Origin: Pocillopora damicornis
Lineage: Eukaryota
Direction of reading: 5' to 3'
DNA: 64,000 nucleotides
Assembly (NCBI RefSeq): GCF_003704095.1
Contig: NW_020845264.1
Location: 558,001 to 622,000, forward strand
Of the stretch, positions 60,212 to 64,000 are shown piece by piece. The notes beneath the pieces were generated by a model, which was given only the letters and a program-made list of their open reading frames with translations, did no database searches and was not told the DNA's origin. Numbering within the stretch: the first letter of the stretch is position 1; each line of letters starts with the position of its first letter. Made by a program: the position numbers and the translations under genes.

Positions 60212-63200
60212 TGAAATGTGGAAATATTTCACCAAGAGAAAGTGAAGTAATGACTTCTAGATTTTTTAAAATTTAAAGTTTGTGAACACTTTATGAAGTT
60301 TATCCAGTTGTGAGTTGATCACCCGCCGATGTATTAACTTTTCTGTTAGTTATATACACAAAAACCGGGTGAAAATAATAATCTGACGAGTTACATGTCG
60401 ATCCAGTGAAGTGGAACTGAGATAAAACTTCGTTGATTTTGTTGAATTGAGACGTTAATTTTAATACACCAAACAGGTAAATAGAGCTTCTCGCGCGCGC
60501 TGATTGGCTTGTTGGGAAATGAATGGCAAGTATTATTCACCGACGAGTCGACACGAGCAGCAGATGAGACAAAGTCGCGCGTCAAGAGTTCAATTTCCGA
60601 CACGTTTTGGTATATTGACAGAAATAAACTAATATTTTGGTTTCTGTGTCGTACTGATACAAAGTCAGTCGAAGTCATGGTGAAATTATACACATAAAAA
60701 ATTATGCACTTCTGATTACTGATCTGATAGCGCTGTTGAAATTTCGTCTTTCTTGACTTTCTGTGATACTTTTTTATGTAAATTATTAATAAGTAATAAA
60801 ATGATTTTCTGTGCAACATGAAGTTGCAGTAATATCACAAAGACCGAGCCTTTTACCCTGTGGGGGGAAGGGTAGTAGGCTAATGAGCGAAATAAACCAA
60901 CATTTCGGAACAAGCTGATAAAAGAATGATTTCACTGAATAAAATATAAAAAAAAAAAGAGAAATGATATCTTTTTTGACGTTGACTGGAACTAGTTATC
61001 AATTGTTCACCGAAGTAGATGTGAATAATTGTTTTAGTACAGGAGAAGATAAAGTGTATGTATTTCGATGAAAACTAAACCGAGTCATGAAGATTCACAT
61101 GTGTATAAATGAATATGTATTTAACTTTTTAATACTCCCACATAATCACTATGCGTATTTGCTGCACAAATGACCTTGCAGCGTTATACGAAATCAACAC
61201 GTGTAAGTTACAGTAACCATGCTAGACAAGAGTTGCTCCATCGTAATCTATGGCTCTTCACGTGCCATATTCCTATTTCAAAGTAAAAAAATAGGCTCGC
61301 TTTTTCTTTCGTTTCGTTCGTTTGAATCAATTTCCGAGTGACTTATCAGTTTATAAAAATCATATATTGTAAAACAATAAAAACAGCTGTTCACGTCATA
61401 CGTCACCCCTTGAGGGTCCCCCAGTGGAACACATGGCCTCATCACACAAAAAAAAACTTACAAATCTAGTTGAAAATTTTTGCCGAGCACGTAACATATA
61501 AAAAAACTTGGACAGAACTTATTCTGGAAAGTTTTTATTTAAAAATATGCCGAAATATTGGCTCTATTTGTTAAATAGTTCAAGTTCGATTTTAACCTTT
61601 CTATAGCTTGTCACTCAAACCGCACTTTAAGCGATTTCTTATCAGCAGTCGATTCCGATAACGTTCTTGAAAATCTTAGTCAAAATCTTAGTAACATTCC
61701 CACCCACTGCTCACTGGTGTTGTCTGCCTCAGGTCAGTAATATTGTTTGTGACATAGTCTAATGCGGATGCAGTACGTCGTATTGAAACTGATTTAAGAC
61801 CTCATATCGGGATTTTTGGCACTAAAAATAGAAATACAGTCCCTATGTACTTGATTAGAGGAGTCCCTTATCGATGTTTTGAACTGCTATTTAGTGAAGG
61901 AAAAAGCTTTTTTCTATCATGGACTAGTGGTGGAAAAAAATGTTAAAGTTTCGAATACAATAAATGCCTCTCACTGGATGATTATGACATTTCAACATTA
62001 GAACAACTAATATTTAAGTTTACACCCTCTAGAAGACTGCTGAAGAAGGGAGAAATTAGCTGTATGAATACATACTATGATCTGTTGGAGGGCAGTCAAC
62101 TAAAAACAGTGAAATGCATAGCGGAAATTTCTAAGTGTCAAACGCTGGTCAACAGACACGGTCATGATCGTTTGGTAACAATAATATTGATAATTAGGCC
62201 TTCAAAATACTTCCAATTGAAAATTGTAGCTTTATTAAAAATGCCAAGGAGAGTCTTGGAGCGATTAATTTTTAAATTAATTGAAAACTAGTATCTATTC
62301 TTTCAGAGATAACACTTCAAAAGTACACAATATTCATCTTCCAACAATACTTCATCGGCCCTGAAAGATAGCTTTGCAGCTTGTATTAAAGGGAAATTTA
62401 TGTGACTTAGAAATATCTGTAGTACATTGTTTTTGCCAGTGGCGTTATAAACAATCTAATAATTTCGAGAGTTTACGGAAATTGAGTGGGCGTTGAATTT
62501 GACAGACAGCTTGTCAATAGACATGATAAGCCTTCCTATTAAAGGTGACATACTATTGGTGGAAAACTAGAACCTGTTTACCTCATTTTATCCGTTTTCT
62601 AGCCAAGTTAATTATATTCTAATTCAGATGCTGCCAGACGGTCCAAGTTGAAAACTTACGACCCGAAATTTTTAAAACCCGAATAAATTACAAACTTTAA
62701 ATCGTTGATATCAAAATCATGAGACCCTCTCATCGGTCTTCCCAAACGTCTTAACAATTTCTTAAATTTGGAACCAAGTTTGAAAGGTAAGCGTTTTTAG
62801 TTATACAGTATAACTAATGTTCCTATGACAACCGAGCTTGATAACAAGCTTTGCCAAAATTTAGCGTTTTATCGTCCTTACTTTGTATTGGTTGTAAAAG
62901 AGTCATACTCAGTTCGTACTAAAGTTTATTTACAACTTTTCACTATTACCATATACTTATACAATAAATGACTCCTTTTTAACTTTCCCACGATGGCCAC
63001 GGTGAAAACTGAAAGGTAATAACCTTTCAGACATTATATAAACATAACGAAGGAAAATACTGATGGGCGGGGAAAACCACAATCGCCCAAACTTCCGTGA
63101 TATCATTCGAATGGTTAGATAACACAACAGCTTTGTTTGAAACTATTTTTACTTCCCTAAGGGTCACATGTATGGGTAAAGAAACAAGAGACAAATAATT

Positions 63201-64000
63201 TCCTTTTTTATGATGTATACTTACAAGTGATTTTTGTCCAAAGTTCAATCGAGAGAGTAAAAGCGTCAGGAAGTTACTACTTGCCAAGATTAAGAAAAAT
63301 TTAGATACAAAACTTGGACATTCCATTCGTTTAGAAGCTTTGCCAGCTAACAATGACATTATCCTATGCATTAATGGTTAGTTTTGTATTTATTGAGCTA
63401 AAATTTCTCATACTCATTTCAAATCATATTACCTAAGGAGCATTAATCATATCTTTGATGGTTAATATCATTTTTTACGAAGTTTTTGCCTTTGTACCTC
63501 GTATTCATCTTATAACTTTAGTTGGAGAGCCAATAGATCATAAATCCTTGTGATTATCATATTGAGCTACTCCCTATAACTAATTAATGCATTTCCGTAT
63601 TTCCTTTTACAATTTGTAATCTACTACTCTTTAACCTTCTACTTGTAGAATAACCTTCGGAATTTGTCATCCCACTAATCGGAAAAAACACGGGGAAGTG
63701 TCACGTTCTCATTTAAATACAACTGGCCCGGCTGATCGATCAGAGAACCATTATAATTAATAATTCTGACAGCGACGAACTGACCAGTGGTTGATACTCA
63801 CAGGTAAACCTTCATTTTCAATGCTGTAGATCAGAAAGTTGCTTGCAAACATCACAAGCAAAAGAAGAAAAGGAAGAAAAAAACAGCCATCTGTACGAGA
63901 AACGCATTGAAAGGGTTAAGCATATCATGTTATCGATTTTTTTTAAGAATCCAGTCGACAGTTTATTACACTGAAAAGAGATTCTGCTTTTAAGAAGCCG

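Noticed and set aside
60391-60819. 142-aa minus ORF
   Set aside because: Low-complexity AT-driven composition overlapping a probable dispersed repeat, with no protein-like motifs.
63027-63371. 114-aa minus ORF and a plus-strand AGKTT P-loop-like word
   Set aside because: No domain features, wrong Walker A spacing, and an adjacent stop codon.

Overview
AT-rich, intron-dense eukaryotic DNA. The gene and repeat families suggest a cnidarian, probably a stony coral (inference). Three conserved multi-exon genes can be spliced by hand: a TRPA1-like ankyrin/6TM channel (minus, 3265-19337, 29 exons), a REXO5/Rex1-type DEDDh RNA exonuclease (minus, 35144-42037) and SNX14 (plus, 42185-57618, about 40 exons). 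REXO5 and SNX14 sit head-to-head with 147 bp between their start codons. There are two single-exon class A GPCRs. A block of short genes I cannot name lies at 20.5-34 kb, including a LIM-less protein made of paxillin-LD-like motifs and a frameshifted secreted-protein gene. A tropomyosin-like coiled-coil ORF is nested antisense in an SNX14 intron. Mobile DNA includes a young 252-bp Penelope-type insertion with a 13-bp TSD and two minimal hammerhead ribozymes as a 92-bp inverted repeat (three older relatives elsewhere), a foldback MITE with an 8-bp TSD, TTAA-CCC MITEs and a tRNA-derived SINE. Exon coordinates were read by eye and may be off by a few bases. No database searches were run.
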